DNA of 64,000 nucleotides from positions 301,568,001-301,632,000 of the forward strand of contig OZ024740.1 of the NCBI GenBank assembly GCA_964016885.1, read 5' to 3'. Positions 29,882 to 48,935 of the stretch are shown here, piece after piece (the stretch's first letter is position 1; each line of letters begins with the position of its first letter). Source of the DNA: Eledone cirrhosa. Taxonomy: Eukaryota. The notes under the pieces were generated by a model. The model had not been told where the DNA came from. It searched no databases and saw nothing but the letters and a program-made list of their open reading frames with translations. A program made the position numbers and the translations under genes.

Positions 29882-31586
29882 TATGACTTAGTACCCATAA
29901 TATGGAACTTTGAGGTGAATGTCAAGGGGAAAGTTATAATTTTCCTAAGAAAAGTTTTTTAAAGCAACAATAAAATCACATTCATTATCCATATTATTTT
30001 CTTCACGTTTTCTACAATTTAGTAAAACAATTATATGACTATGTTTCAAATCAGTACCATATATTTGTAGCATATTTCTAATTACATTTGTCATGACACT
30101 TCAAATTCTGTGTTTAAGTTATTATTTTTCATTAACACGAATTTGGTGACGCACTGATTTTAATTGAATTTACATAGTATTGTATATTCTGTATTGTATT
30201 TAATTTCCTTTTATGTAGTTTATTTTGTTTTTCTACTTTTAAATAACGTAATGAAATATCTTTGATGTTTTCTGATAACTAATTTTCATCTGTATACTAA
30301 TAGAATTGATATTGTTTATACACCCTTCGTGTAATTACAGTTACAAGATTATACAGGCTTGCCGTCTAAGAATGTGTAGAAACAGTAAACATGACTAGAG
30401 TAATTTAATAAAATCTTGTGAGAAAGTGAACGATGTAAATAGTTCTGTTACTGTTGAAACCCCTGCACATGAATGTTCAGTTCTCCTATGTGTTTCTACA
30501 CATTGCATTTATGATAATAAACTTTTATAGATACTTCAAATTTAAATTAATTAAAATTATTCTCCTTTTAACATGAAATGTATATCAATATCTAAACAAT
30601 ATATAACTAAACTATAGATATTGTAAGAAAGAGTACAGTATTGCAATCGTGAGAGACAGAAAGGAAGCATGTGGTTAGATACGATGTATTGAAATGTATA
30701 TTCAAATATATTTAAGAAATATTTTCCTATTTTGCTAAATATTACGTAGACTGCAATGGAAAACCGACGGAATTGCCGAAGAATTTTCAAGCTATTCGAT
30801 GAATGGAACATACCACTTTTCAAAGTAAATTTCACGTAGCTGAGCAGTCTACGGACACGTGTACTCTTACTGTAATTTGCAGTAATATTCAAAGTGATAT
30901 AGGTTGTTATAATGTTGGCTCTTTTAATTACCTCTAAATGCCCACGGATCTCCAAATAGTTTCAGTCTACCCGAATTCACACAGATAGCATGGGTTAACC
31001 CGAGATTTGAATAAATGATACATGCCGAAGTTATCACGCAGAGGGAGCGAGCCCGAAATTGTTAAAACTTCCGTCATGTTGTATCCACTATTCGTAATGT
31101 ATCTATTGTAAAAGTGGAAATGTACACATCTGATAGGAATATAGCCCATATTATGAAATATATTTCAGGTTTTGTTTCTTATTATGTGTCATGTTTCGAA
31201 TACCATTTATCGTATATATTCTATATCGTAAATATGGTGATATATGTAACATTTCACAAAAGGCAAGCAGTAACATAAATCATATATATCATTAAAATAT
31301 ATAGATGAACCATTTGCTAATGTAGTAGAAGGGATATTTTACATTGCAGGGAAAAATAACTGGCAAAAACAAGCTTTCATTAGAGGTATATACAGGTACT
31401 AGAATGTACGAGAACAAGACAATAATCTCACACCTCTGTGTCGTTCTTATGTCTGAAATTAAACCAGATATTTTGAATAAGATATTCATGCCATCGACGA
31501 CCAGAATCTCAATGATCTGACTGAAAAATGTATACGGAAATACCATCATACGATGCATATAATCTTCATGTTGATTGAAATGAATA

Positions 31587-31746
31587 TAATTGTTTCTACT
31601 TTTAGCACAAGGCCAGTACATTACTGATAATTTTAGTTTATCGAGCCTTAAGGCAAAGGTAACCTCGGCGGGATTTGAACTCAGACCGTAAAGAGACGTA
31701 ACTTGGCTGGAAAGCATGGCGTCCGACTCTCTACCGATACTCCCAA
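31587..31746 (-). mobile_element. Meta-like SINE
   Basis: Same family as 39036-39213. Confidence 0.8.
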
Positions 31747-32295
31747 TCCTCCACCTTATTGAAATGTAAAATAAATACGAACAAGTAGTTGCATGAGGAG
31801 TGGAAACTGAACAAGGCTAATTACAAATGATAATTATACCAACAACATTTATTAGAAGATAAATTACAAATTTAAATGTGTCAGGATTTGCAACTGATGT
31901 ACTACAAATAGGCATGAATAAAATCTCGAAATTAGAAGAATCAATGGGGACTTCTATGTATTTAAACTCGAAACATAACGAACGCAAGAAAACACCACTA
32001 AACGAGTCATATAGCAAATAGTAGTAAGAGGAATTCTAAGATAATTGTAGAAGCTGTAAGATTACCCAAAAGGCGCCAAATTCGCAGCTATATTAGAGCA
32101 ACAGATTTTGGTTAGCTACTGTACGATTTACCGTACCATCTACTCTGAGACTATGTTTGAATATATAAGACCCGGTAGAAAATACATCTGCAGAGACTTT
32201 ATTGAAAACTTCGCTGTGAATAAACAACAGTTTAAATTGACTGCAAAGTAATATCTTCTCCTCGCCAGAAGATAGTTAGAAGTATATACATGTGC

Positions 32296-32345
<50 letters not shown>

Positions 32346-34414
32346 CTTCATAAATATAGACATATTGTGAGACTTTGGAAGGGTCATACTAACAATAAAA
32401 AACACATGAACCCCTTGGTTTTCACTTCAATTTATTAAACACTCCAGTTGGTTGGGGTATTAGTTTCAATTCCTTAAAAATTATAGCAAATAAAGAGAAA
32501 TTTGATGATTTCCCATTTTACCAAAGCGGTGGAACGAAGCATCAGTAAGCTTAAATTGAAACTCATTTCATTACACACATAAATATAATACATTGTGATA
32601 GCAGATCTACGATGTTTGTCTTGGGGTGTAATCGAGAAATATACAATAAGTGTTGTCCCTTGGCTTAGCAAAAGCGTAAGCGAAATAAACATAACACATG
32701 TAGAATAGAATACCCATCACGGTGTAGATCCACTTGTGATTAATATATATCTAACACGAAATAAAATTAAACATTTAAAAAGCGTAAATAGATGTAGACG
32801 AGAATGATCTAAACGTTTCAGTGTGCTACTACGTGGTGCAATTTTGAGGTTAGGGACCAAATGAAGGCTATTAAAAATGTAAACGGAAATAACAAATATA
32901 CAAATAAGAAATGGTGAGAATAAGCCTATACGATATGAAGAAAAAACAGCCTTTCTCCGACGAAGAGAAAATTCTTTCACCTCCTATCAAAGAAAAATGG
33001 AATGCATGGCTCTTATGATTGTTTAATCATAGTAAATATAATATATACAAGGGATTTTGTGACGTGATAATAACCAAAGGAAAAATGAAAATTTAATATA
33101 GACATCATAGAATCGATTATTATTCAAGTGATTTCACGGAGTTTGCTTTAACTTATAAATCAACCATAGAAATTTGCCCTGAGATTCCAACTCTTATTCA
33201 CGCCGTGAATGTAGTTTCATTTACTTGCCGTGAAACGAAATTGTGGGAAATAGAGAAGATAACAAATTAGACCCGAAAGAAATGCTAATCAAAGTAGTTA
33301 ACGGATATCTCCCTATGTGTAAGTGGTTTACTTTTTTAAAAGCTAAATTATGTTTAATGTATTACAATTTATTTTGCACATATAATTATTTTGTTTTATT
33401 TATTTCATTCATAAATATCTAAATTTGGCCTTTGACTTTGTTGCCGTCTTACATTTCGCTATTAGCATTTGTATGATTTGTGCCTCGCATCTCACTGGTA
33501 TTAGGAAGCCAGCTAATTCAATTTTTCAGGTGGATGATTCGAATAACATTCTCCCCAGAGGCTAATAAACATCTTGTATAATATGCATACCCTTGTGCCT
33601 AATAACTATATGATTATTAATAATTACCATCCTCATCATCCCCACCACTATTTCCATCGACAATATTATCATCCATATTTCTGAGTTTCAAACACCTTAA
33701 TTTGAAAAGCTGATGTATAAACGATGGGAATTATAATAGTAGGGAAACCAACTTTTAACCAGCATATGACCTAAAACATCATATCGTTATTTCCGACATA
33801 TTTTATTGAAGATTTATTCTTATCCATTCTTACAGAACAGAGTTTACAGATTCTGTTTGTAACGTTAGGCCATTACACTGCGTGTCGGTTAGGTTTACAC
33901 TGCATGCAGTATAGCATAACATGTACCAAGTATATGAACATCTAAATGGGCATTAGTTTTTCGTTAAAAAAATAATCATATTCCGCCGTTATTTTATATT
34001 CGCATTAGTAAATAATATATTATATTATCAATGTGATTTAAACTCCTATAAGAAGGTTTTCAAATATAAATAAAATTTTATATCACTTTTGCTTCGTTTC
34101 CATATGTATATTTCTCTTTTTGATTTTCAATTCGATTTTTTTCCTATTGCATAATAGGATAGTGATAAACACTTTAGACAAAACACATACCTGTATCGAT
34201 TGTTCAGTAAATAAGCTCATGACTATTGATTTAGCATAATTACGGTATATTTTTCATTTCATTTTGTATTTATTTAACGCTAAACCATTTCCCAACGCCT
34301 GCTGGCGCTGATGTATTGAACTGTAATGCAGTAATAATTGTGTCTACGCTTCACACAAGGCAATCAATTTGAAGGGAAGGGGAAAACCGAGTTATTCAAA
34401 CCAAGTGCGTTATG

Positions 34415-34588
34415 GTGCATGAGTTCAAATCCCCCGAGGTTTACTTTGCCTTTCACCCTTACGGGGTCGATGAAATAAAGTGCCAGTAATGCACTGGGTA
34501 ATTGCCGGCGTTGTGACAAAAGTATAAACAATTATTTTATCAACCCAGTATGGATGAAAGGTAAAACTACCCTCGGTTGGATTTAAAC
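34415..34588 (+). mobile_element. Meta-like SINE fragment followed by an inverted partial copy
   Basis: GAGTTCAAATCCCCCGAGGTTTACTTTGCCTTTCACCCTTACGGGGTCGATG...AAACAATTA, then reverse-complement Meta sequence at ~34535-34588. Confidence 0.75.
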
Positions 34589-35116
34589 TATAATACAATA
34601 ATAATACTTCGGATTATAAAAAGTGTTCCGCCCAAACCTATGCTATTAGACGAAGTCACTCTAAGATAACTTCCGATACACGAAGATAAAAGTGGAACAC
34701 TCTTTATTTCCGAATATCATGGATATTTCTCCAGGAAACCCTTTTCCAAAAAGAATATATTTAAATACAGAATAAATGCATATAATTCATGCAGTTTGAT
34801 AAGATTTTATATTTTTTCGTGATAATAAGCTCGTTAATACGATCAAGCAGAAAAAAAACTATGATGAAAGCAACACAGGCAAGAATTTAATGCTACTATA
34901 TTTGAAAACATACTCCTACGCTTTTCAATAACAACATCATTTATTCACATGTATCAACTTCAATCTAAGTTGAAATAGTCATGGGCTTATTGCTTATAGA
35001 TTTGATTAAACGTAAAATTACCGAAACACGTGTTTTAATAAATACAGGCACACATTACACGCGCAGACCCCCCCCCCACACATATATATATATATATATA
35101 TATATGTGTGTATATG

Positions 35117-35154
<38 letters not shown>

Positions 35155-35720
35155 TGGATGTAAATATAATGTATTTTGCAATACACTTTATGCTTAATTA
35201 AAAGCATTTTGAAGACCGTAAGCTATTGTTTTAAAGTAGTGACAAATTCACTCACTTCGATCTCAGCAAACAGGAGGAGATAAGCCGACATGACATGTTT
35301 CGCTTTTGTTGAAGCTTATCAAGGCCAACTACCCCGCCCGTCTGCTGAGATCAATGATGTTATACTCTTATAGAAATCTAGTAAATAATCAGGAGCTGAT
35401 TATGCAGAGCGGTTGTTGGTCAGGCAGAAATTAAAAATTAGAATTGTAGCTCTGAAATAGCAATATATATATGAATGTAAATATAATGTATTTTGCAATA
35501 CAATAGCTTACGGTCTTCAAAATGCTTTTAATTAAGCATAAAGTGTATTGCAAAATACATTATATTTACATCCATATATATATTGCTATTTCAGAGCTAC
35601 AATTCTAATTTTTAATTTCTGCCTGACCAACAACCGCTCTGCATAATCAGCTCCTGATTATTTACTAGATTTCTATAAGAATATAACATCATTGATCTCA
35701 GCAGACGGGCGGGGTAGTTG

Positions 35721-35762
35721 GCCTTGATAAGCTTCAACAAAAGCGAAACATGTCATGTCGGC
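35721..35762 (+). ncRNA. Type I hammerhead ribozyme, U3-A8 core variant
   Basis: GCC-TTGATAA-GCTT-caacaa-AAGC-GAAA-CATGTCATG-TC^GGC. Stem I is extended by GATCTCAGCAGACGGG/CCTGTTTGCTGAGATC. Confidence 0.85.
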
Positions 35763-36037
35763 TTATCTCCTCCTGTTTGCTGAGATCGAAGTGAGTGAAT
35801 GTGTCACTACTTTAAAACAATAGCTTACGGTCTTCAAAATGCTTTTAATTAAGCATAAAGTGTATTGCAAAATACATTATATTTACATCCATATATATAT
35901 TGCTATTTCAGAGCTACAATTCTAATTTTTAATTTCTGCCTGACCAACAACCGCTCTGCATAATCAGCTCCTGATTATTTACTAGATTTCTATAAGAATA
36001 TAACATCATTGATCTCAGCAGACGGGCGGGGTAGTTG

Positions 36038-36079
36038 GCCTTGATAAGCTTCAACAAAAGCGAAACATGTCATGTCGGC
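36038..36079 (+). ncRNA. Type I hammerhead ribozyme, second tandem copy
   Basis: Identical to 35721-35762. Predicted cleavage after 36076 is 317 nt from the site after 35759. Confidence 0.85.
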
Positions 36080-36238
36080 TTATCTCCTCCTGTTTGCTGA
36101 GATCGAAGTGAGTGAATTTGTCACTACTTTAAAACAATAGCTTACGGTCTTCAAAATGCTTTTAATTAAGCATAAAGTGTATTGCAAAATACATTATATT
36201 TACATCCATATATATATATTGCTATTTCAGAGCTACAA

Positions 36239-36280
<42 letters not shown>

Positions 36281-36283
<3 letters not shown>

Positions 36284-36645
36284 AAAAAGAGATGAAATCG
36301 AAAATACAACTGGAGTCTTATTTTTAAAAAAAATATATATATTTATTTGGTTCCTTTACCGGTTTCGCAGTTCTTCTGCTTTTCAAAAGGTGAGTTGAGA
36401 TGGAGGATCTGTGGTTTTTCTCACATTCTCTCACAGATGTGAGAAAAACCACAGACCCTCCATCGCAACTCACCTTTTGAAAAGCAGAAGAACTGCGAAA
36501 CCGGTAAAGGAACCAAATAAATATATATATTTTAAAAAAAATAAGACTCCAGTTGCATTTTCGATTTCATCTCCTTTTCTTTATACTTTCACTCGTGTAG
36601 GACACCTCGGTTATTTTTCATTTTGTAAAAAAAACCTCACTTTCT

Positions 36646-36646
<1 letters not shown>
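36281..36646. mobile_element. Palindromic pLTR-only insert (~145-bp arms plus ~64-nt tail) with HHR on both arms
   Basis: 36281-36426 is inverted relative to 36437-36582. HHR at 36473-36510 reads CCTT-TTGAAAA-GCAG-aagaa-CTGC-GAAA-CCG-GTA-AAGG, with a minus twin at 36353-36390. Confidence 0.88.
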
Positions 36647-36731
<85 letters not shown>

Positions 36732-37070
36732 CAAAAAGAAAAGCGAACACAGTATTGGATTAGTATTTCTATTCACAATTAATTTTGCAAAACAACAAGT
36801 TGTCTGGGTGATTGGTAGTTACCACAATTCCGGTTTGTATTTATTTTCTTAATGTTTTCTTAAATTGAGACAAGCGGACTCAATTGTCTATAGTTAGTAT
36901 TCGTTTCACCTTAGCGAATAAGGTCTCATACAGTTTGAACACATATACTTATATATCTGTGTTCGCGTTTCTTTTGTATTCAATTATAATATACGGCTCA
37001 GAAATATCTCTTTCTTAGAGCTACTTTGTTGTAAGAGACTATTTTGAGTCCCTAACTCAATATGTACATT

Positions 37071-37168
<98 letters not shown>

Positions 37169-37202
37169 TAATACATATATATATATTTATATAAATATAT
37201 AC

Positions 37203-37327
<125 letters not shown>

Positions 37328-37346
37328 TAATATATATATATACATA

Positions 37347-37394
<48 letters not shown>

Positions 37395-37866
37395 GGTATG
37401 TATTTATATATGTGTGTGTGTGTATATATATATCATTCACCCCGTCTGCCTTCTACTCCCTCTTACTGCTGCGCTTTCGCTGAGCATAGACGTGGAATTC
37501 CTAGCTGCGTTATTATACCCCCCGGCTACAACCCAACAGCTTCTTTTAAAGTTGATCTACATTCCACGGTTACTTGCTTCTATGTACCATTGTCCCATGA
37601 TCCCCCTTCCATCGGTATGTTTACTTGTTTTCCATTTTCCCTTTATTTTCATTTTTTCTTCTGTCTGAATTATTTTCTTTCTCACCCCCATGGCCTTTTG
37701 ATAGATAAAAGGGTATGGGTCCGTTACGGATAGATGTAAATCTATAATGCGCCGAAACATCCGAGAGCCGTAGTTAAATACTGACGAAGGGAGACTCCAC
37801 CTCTTGTTTGTGTCTCCTCCTTGCCTTCTATCACGTTATCAGTAACCTTCCTCTCATCCATATGTA

Positions 37867-37963
<97 letters not shown>

Positions 37964-38182
37964 TGTATATACTGTATATATATACAGATGATCTTTCGTT
38001 TCACAGCTTGAGATTATTTCCTTTTGTTCATTTCGACCCTGACTGTTTCATTTTAAATACACAACTTGGCATTTAATCTTCTAAAGAATAGTGCCACTGG
38101 AGTATTGTTCTTTATTTAATTCTGTACGGGCTCCGTCCCGCAATCATTCAGCGTTGTGATAATGTTTGAAACAATTATTACT

Positions 38183-38362
38183 TGGCAGTATTGGTAGAGG
38201 GTCGGACGCACTGCTTTCCAGCATAGTTACGTCCCTTTACGCTCTGAGTTCAAATCCCGCCGAGGTTGACTTTGCCTTTCATCCTTATGGGCTCGATAAA
38301 ATAAAGTACCAGTAATGCACTGGGTAATTGCTGGCCTTGTGCCTAAAGTAGAAACAATTATT
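38183..38362 (+). mobile_element. Meta-like SINE, near full length
   Basis: TGGCAGTATTGG A box, GAGTTCAAATCC B box, Meta domain and AAACAATTATTA tail. Confidence 0.88.
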
Positions 38363-39035
38363 ACACTGCTATAATTTGAAGCTGTTCTCCTAATATGTTA
38401 ATATGTTAACATAGATATGATTATCCATATTTTACATTCATGTGCATCCATGCATATAGATAAGTGCATTTCAAATTTAGGTTAACTTGCAACAATTTAC
38501 GTTTATATGTATTCACATAGCATATTTTATTAATATATTTCATAAGACAAAATATAGCGATATGAAACTGAAGATATTCATATAAAAGCTATGATTTTTT
38601 GAAATGAGTAAATAATTAACTGACATAAAATATTTTTGTTTTGGTAATTTAGGGTAAATGAAAATATACAACATCAGATGTTAAATGATAGAGCAAAGAA
38701 AGAACTTGAGCAATTGTATCCCTTGGCAAATGCAATTCAAAATCAAATCCAATTGAGATTTAAAAATGTCTCTTTAATCTGCATTTACCAAACGAAAATA
38801 GTTTTCCAACGAGAACCTATTTCAAAGACAATTTCGAATGTGAAGCTCTTTACCTAAAATCGATTGAAAAGTGGTTGACCGTTGTCTCACTCTTTTTAAA
38901 CATTTCTATCTGTCAATCTGTCTTTCGCTCTCTCGATCTCTTTGTCTTTCTCATTCACTTTCTTTCTCTTCAGCTCCCTGGCACTTTCTCTTCCTATTCT
39001 CCATAATTATGTATCAATAAATAAATCGGTAGATT

Positions 39036-39214
39036 GGCAGTATCGGTAGAGAGTCGGACGCCATGCTTTCCAGCATAGTTATGTCCTTTTACGGTCTGTG
39101 TTCAAATCCCGCCGAGGTTAACTTTGCCTTTCATCCTTACGGGGTCGATAAAATAAAGTACCAGTAATGTACAGGGAAATTGCTGGCCTTGTGCCAAAAA
39201 GTAGAAACAATTAT
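39036..39214 (+). mobile_element. Meta-like SINE, near full length
   Basis: Same structure as the copy at 38183. Confidence 0.88.
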
Positions 39215-40538
39215 GTATGAAGAAATGGTTTTAAGTTGCTCATTTTTATTCTCAACTACAGCACTTATGCATACTCTCAACCATTTAACTACTGTTCATT
39301 TTCATATCCTCTCTTTGATATCATTTTGTTATTCCCTCGTGACAAATAAATTTCAAATAATATTATTGGCGTGGAATATTCATTATTGTTATTTTTGATG
39401 CTAATGCTGATGATTATGTTTTTTTCATCTTCTACTTTGTCTTAATCTTCCCCGCCTTCTATATTCCCCCATATATTTTTCATATTCCTTGTCATGTTCA
39501 CAGTAAAACTACTATTGTTTTCATTGGAGAGAATATGTTCTATTTGTAGTAGTTGCAATTTGGTATGTGATGGTGTTTCCTTAAATCGCTGTAGTTGGCT
39601 GATTTCATACGTGATTTTCATAATTGAAAATATGTTATCATTCTTCTGTTTATATACTCAATGTTCAGTACAGTGTTCTGGTAATATTACCATCGTCCAC
39701 TTTCAATCAATAAATAACTACTACTAATATAAAAACGGCTACAACTTGTAAGATCGCATTGCCATATTGATGGCGTCAAAGAGTCTGGCTGGTCTTCACT
39801 ATGTACACGTGTTTGGGTGATTAGTCGTCGTTAGTAGTGACTTTTGATTAGTGTAACGTTAGAATTTTGCTCGTGCCCATGCTTAGAATTTTGCTCGTGT
39901 CCATACTGCACACCCACAATGGATTACGATATGAATAAGTTCTACGGTACGCATGTGAAAATATATATAGGAACCAAATTGCCATTTGTTAGTATAAAGG
40001 GTTTCGAAGTGTAAATATATCTGCATTAGTATAGCGACGGTTTATTTCATGCAGCAAACTCTCTTACTTTCTTTCGTCCCCTCTGTCATGTCAGTTAACA
40101 CTTTCTCTCTACCGACCTCTTCCTCGAACTTCCACTCACTCACTCACTGTTTCTCCCCTTCTCACTTCCCCCCGTTCGCTACGAAAACGATTTCCTTCTT
40201 TCTTACATCGGATTCATCACGAAAGGTCTATTCCTTACTCGCTCATATATTCACCCAGCTTTTACTGATAGAATAACTATATAGCTTGTGTTTCTTCCTA
40301 TCTTCGGTTAGCTTTCACCTGTTTGTTTACTTGTCTCACTCGGTTTACGCGTTTTAATTGTCCTAATAACTTATTTTAGTTATTATTGCACCAACGTGAG
40401 GTATATGATTTTTAATGCAATGAAATACCAATGACCGTTGACAAATCACTGATGAGGGACTCATTTTATAACATGTTATCCATGTGCAACCATGCAGTAT
40501 TCTTCTCCCCATATTTTTAATATATATATATATATATA

Positions 40539-40649
<111 letters not shown>

Positions 40650-40664
40650 ATATATATATATATA

Positions 40665-40991
40665 GTTATACTTGGGGAGGGTCATATTGTTGTAATAATA
40701 ACCGAACTGTTTGGTTGGTTTTCGCTTCTGTATCTTTTATATCTCCATAGTTAATTTATTTGGCAATCAATATTTATCATTGACTGACCAACGGTTAAAA
40801 ATAAAGATATACATATATATAGTCTAAAAAAGTTATTTCGTTGCACACCTGCAACATCATCAGTGGTACTATTATCATGTTGCCTCCCACTGTATTGTAA
40901 TGTAATCTGGAAATATTATTACAAAAATATGACCCTCCCAAGTATAACAATATTTGTTTCGATACACGATTTCATATCAAAAACGTTGCAA

Positions 40992-40996
<5 letters not shown>
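40665..40996. mobile_element. Small TA-flanked insert with ~35-bp inverted ends, a tail and an HHR-like core on the minus strand
   Basis: TTATACTTGGGGAGGGTCATATTGTTGTAATAATA vs TATTATTACAAAAATATGACCCTCCCAAGTATAA. Minus ~40830-40864 reads CTGATGA-T-GTTGCA-ggtg-TGCAAC-GAAA. Confidence 0.65.
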
Positions 40997-41047
<51 letters not shown>

Positions 41048-41384
41048 CTTCGACTGTCGAGGCCAACAGCTTAAACAGAACTGATTCTTCCCAGCTACTC
41101 ACACTGTTGGCAAGGCTAATGTCAGCACAAAAAGAAAGAAAACTAGTGGGGAAAATCCGAACATTTCTCCCTAAATATGTATGCAAAAACAATTTTTCTC
41201 CATATTCTTATTATTCTTATCAATATGCTATTTAATTGCATTATACATTTCCGAACAATTACTCAGGAAATTCTTATTTTGTAAATAAATATTTAGATGT
41301 CACTCTGAAAAAAATCCCTTTATCATTTTCTATATATATCCCTTTATCATGTTCTATATATATCAACTCGTGTTTCACTTCTCT

Positions 41385-41535
<151 letters not shown>

Positions 41536-41657
41536 ATATTATATATATATATATTACATATATATATATTATATATATATATATATTATATATATATATA
41601 TTATATATCTATTATATATATATATATATATATATTATATTATATATATATATTATA

Positions 41658-42250
41658 TATGAAAGACGTAACATAAGAAAATTATGAAATTTAACTTACT
41701 TACTAAAATTTCACTCGAACTAATTAGTTTCTGAAAGGGAATAAACATGGTTTCCGAATGAAACACATGGAGAAGGCCTTTCGTCATCATCGAAGTCTAT
41801 TCTCAGCTAAGTTCCCAGGCAATGCTTGGACACAGGGAACTTATACAAAAATAATTCAGTGGATGGAAAAAAGCAAGCGAGCACTAAGTTCCAAGACTTT
41901 GAAAAAATCACTGCCTACTTGGTCGGTGGCAAATTCAAAAGAATCAATCACGTAACATCGAGGTTATTCAGTGAGGAGTGGGGTGTTAAGAAGAGAGTAT
42001 CCGACCTATTACTATGAACTATAGTGTGTTCCATTCAGAAACCATGTTTATTCCCTTTCAGAAACTAATTAGTTGGAGTGAAATTTTAGTAAGTAAGTTA
42101 ATTTTTATAATTTTCTTATCTTACGTATTTCATATAAATGTTCTGCATCCCCTTGCATTGAACCACAGAGTTATTAAGACAAAACCTATATATTTGCTAC
42201 ATAGGTATGCATCTGTATATATATATGCTGGTAGATATACTAATTCTTTA
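41658..42250 (-). mobile_element. Sister copy of the 24353-24893 non-autonomous element
   Basis: Reverse-complement homology throughout. The HHR core is mutated (ATGATGA), and the copy is TA flanked. Confidence 0.85.
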
Positions 42251-47809
<5,559 letters not shown>

Positions 47810-48103
47810 ATTATATATATATATTATATATATATATTATATATATAGTAATAATAATAACATTGAAGACTAAAATCCAAAGAGGGCTCGATAAGGAAAA
47901 TATATATATATATATAAGAACCGTAGAGCAAATATTTATTAAAATAACAGATTAAAGTTTAAGCAAAGAATCGCTGCTTTCACCCTTAACGGGATCTTCT
48001 GAAACTAACAAAGTCAATCTGTAAACGCAGAACTGGATATTTCAAAAAACGTTGCAACCGGAGGAAGACAGGAAGACGATACTTTGGTTCGTGGTAACGT
48101 TTG

Positions 48104-48365
48104 CTGGCAAAGAACGGCAAAAAACTAATAATACGTCATTAATAGGAGCGGTGAAAAACAATTACGCGCAAAGACAAAACCACGTTTATGGTATAAAAGA
48201 GGTCGTAGACTAATGTTCTCTTAGGTGGTGCATAGAGACGTTCTCTGGCAATGAACGAAAAAACAAAGATAATAAGTCATATGTGGAGCGTGGAGAACAA
48301 TAGCACGCAAAGACAAAACCACGTAAATGGTATAGCAGAAATCGTAGACGAAAATTCTATCTAGG
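48104..48365. repeat. Diverged tandem duplication (~140-bp period) in the PLE 3' UTR
   Basis: CTGGCAA.GAACG...CGCAAAGACAAAACCACGT...TCGTAGAC...TAGG occurs twice. Confidence 0.8.
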
Positions 48366-48935
48366 AGACCAAATGAATCTCCGCTACAGAGTTAAGAACA
48401 AAGTAAATAAATACAATACAGAAGTAATAGAAACAAATAAATACATACACGCAAACAGAATCGTACATACACAAGCATACGCAAAACCTTACCATGGGTA
48501 TACAAAACCACGCACATATAAATATGTGTGTGTGTGTGTATGCTTGTGTACAAATAAATAAATAATTATATAAACGTATATAAGTAAATAAATACGTATA
48601 TAACAAGCGCACACGCATACCTACATATAAATACACGAATGTTCGGAGACGTAAGTCAACTAAACAAGAAGTACACATATACACACACCCACCATACGTA
48701 CGAACCTGCACACTCACGCGGACGCAAAACTCCCGTATACACATAGCCAAACCCTAAATACCAGAATATGTAAAAATTATACGCTATAACAGTCAAATAT
48801 ACGTACGAGAAGGTATACATACCTTCACAAAACATACGGGTAATATATACTTACCTATGCAAATAAGTAAAGGAATAAACAAAACATATACTTAGCTCCC
48901 ACATCAAGACGTAAAATATCCACGTATAGATCGTG

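Larger units (their letters stand above)
35157..36244 (+). mobile_element. Non-LTR retrozyme-like array: one inverted monomer (35157-35500) plus ~2.3 tandem 317-bp monomers, one HHR each
   Basis: CAATAGCTTACGGTCTTC recurs at 35501, 35818 and ~36135. Units are almost identical and (TA)n flanked. HHRs at 35284-35325 (-), 35721-35762 (+) and 36038-36079 (+). Confidence 0.9.

Noticed and set aside
35501-36244. CRISPR-like or ordinary satellite interpretation of the 317-bp repeats
   Set aside because: There are no unique spacers, the context is eukaryotic, and each unit carries a structurally conserved ribozyme.
37690-37830. HHR-like pieces (GAAAC at ~37754, CTGACGA at 37781)
   Set aside because: The order and stems do not assemble into a convincing hammerhead. 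At most it is a decayed pLTR.
40445-40505. CTGATGAG-GGA...TCC motif
   Set aside because: No GAAA is correctly placed after stem II, and stem I is not evident.
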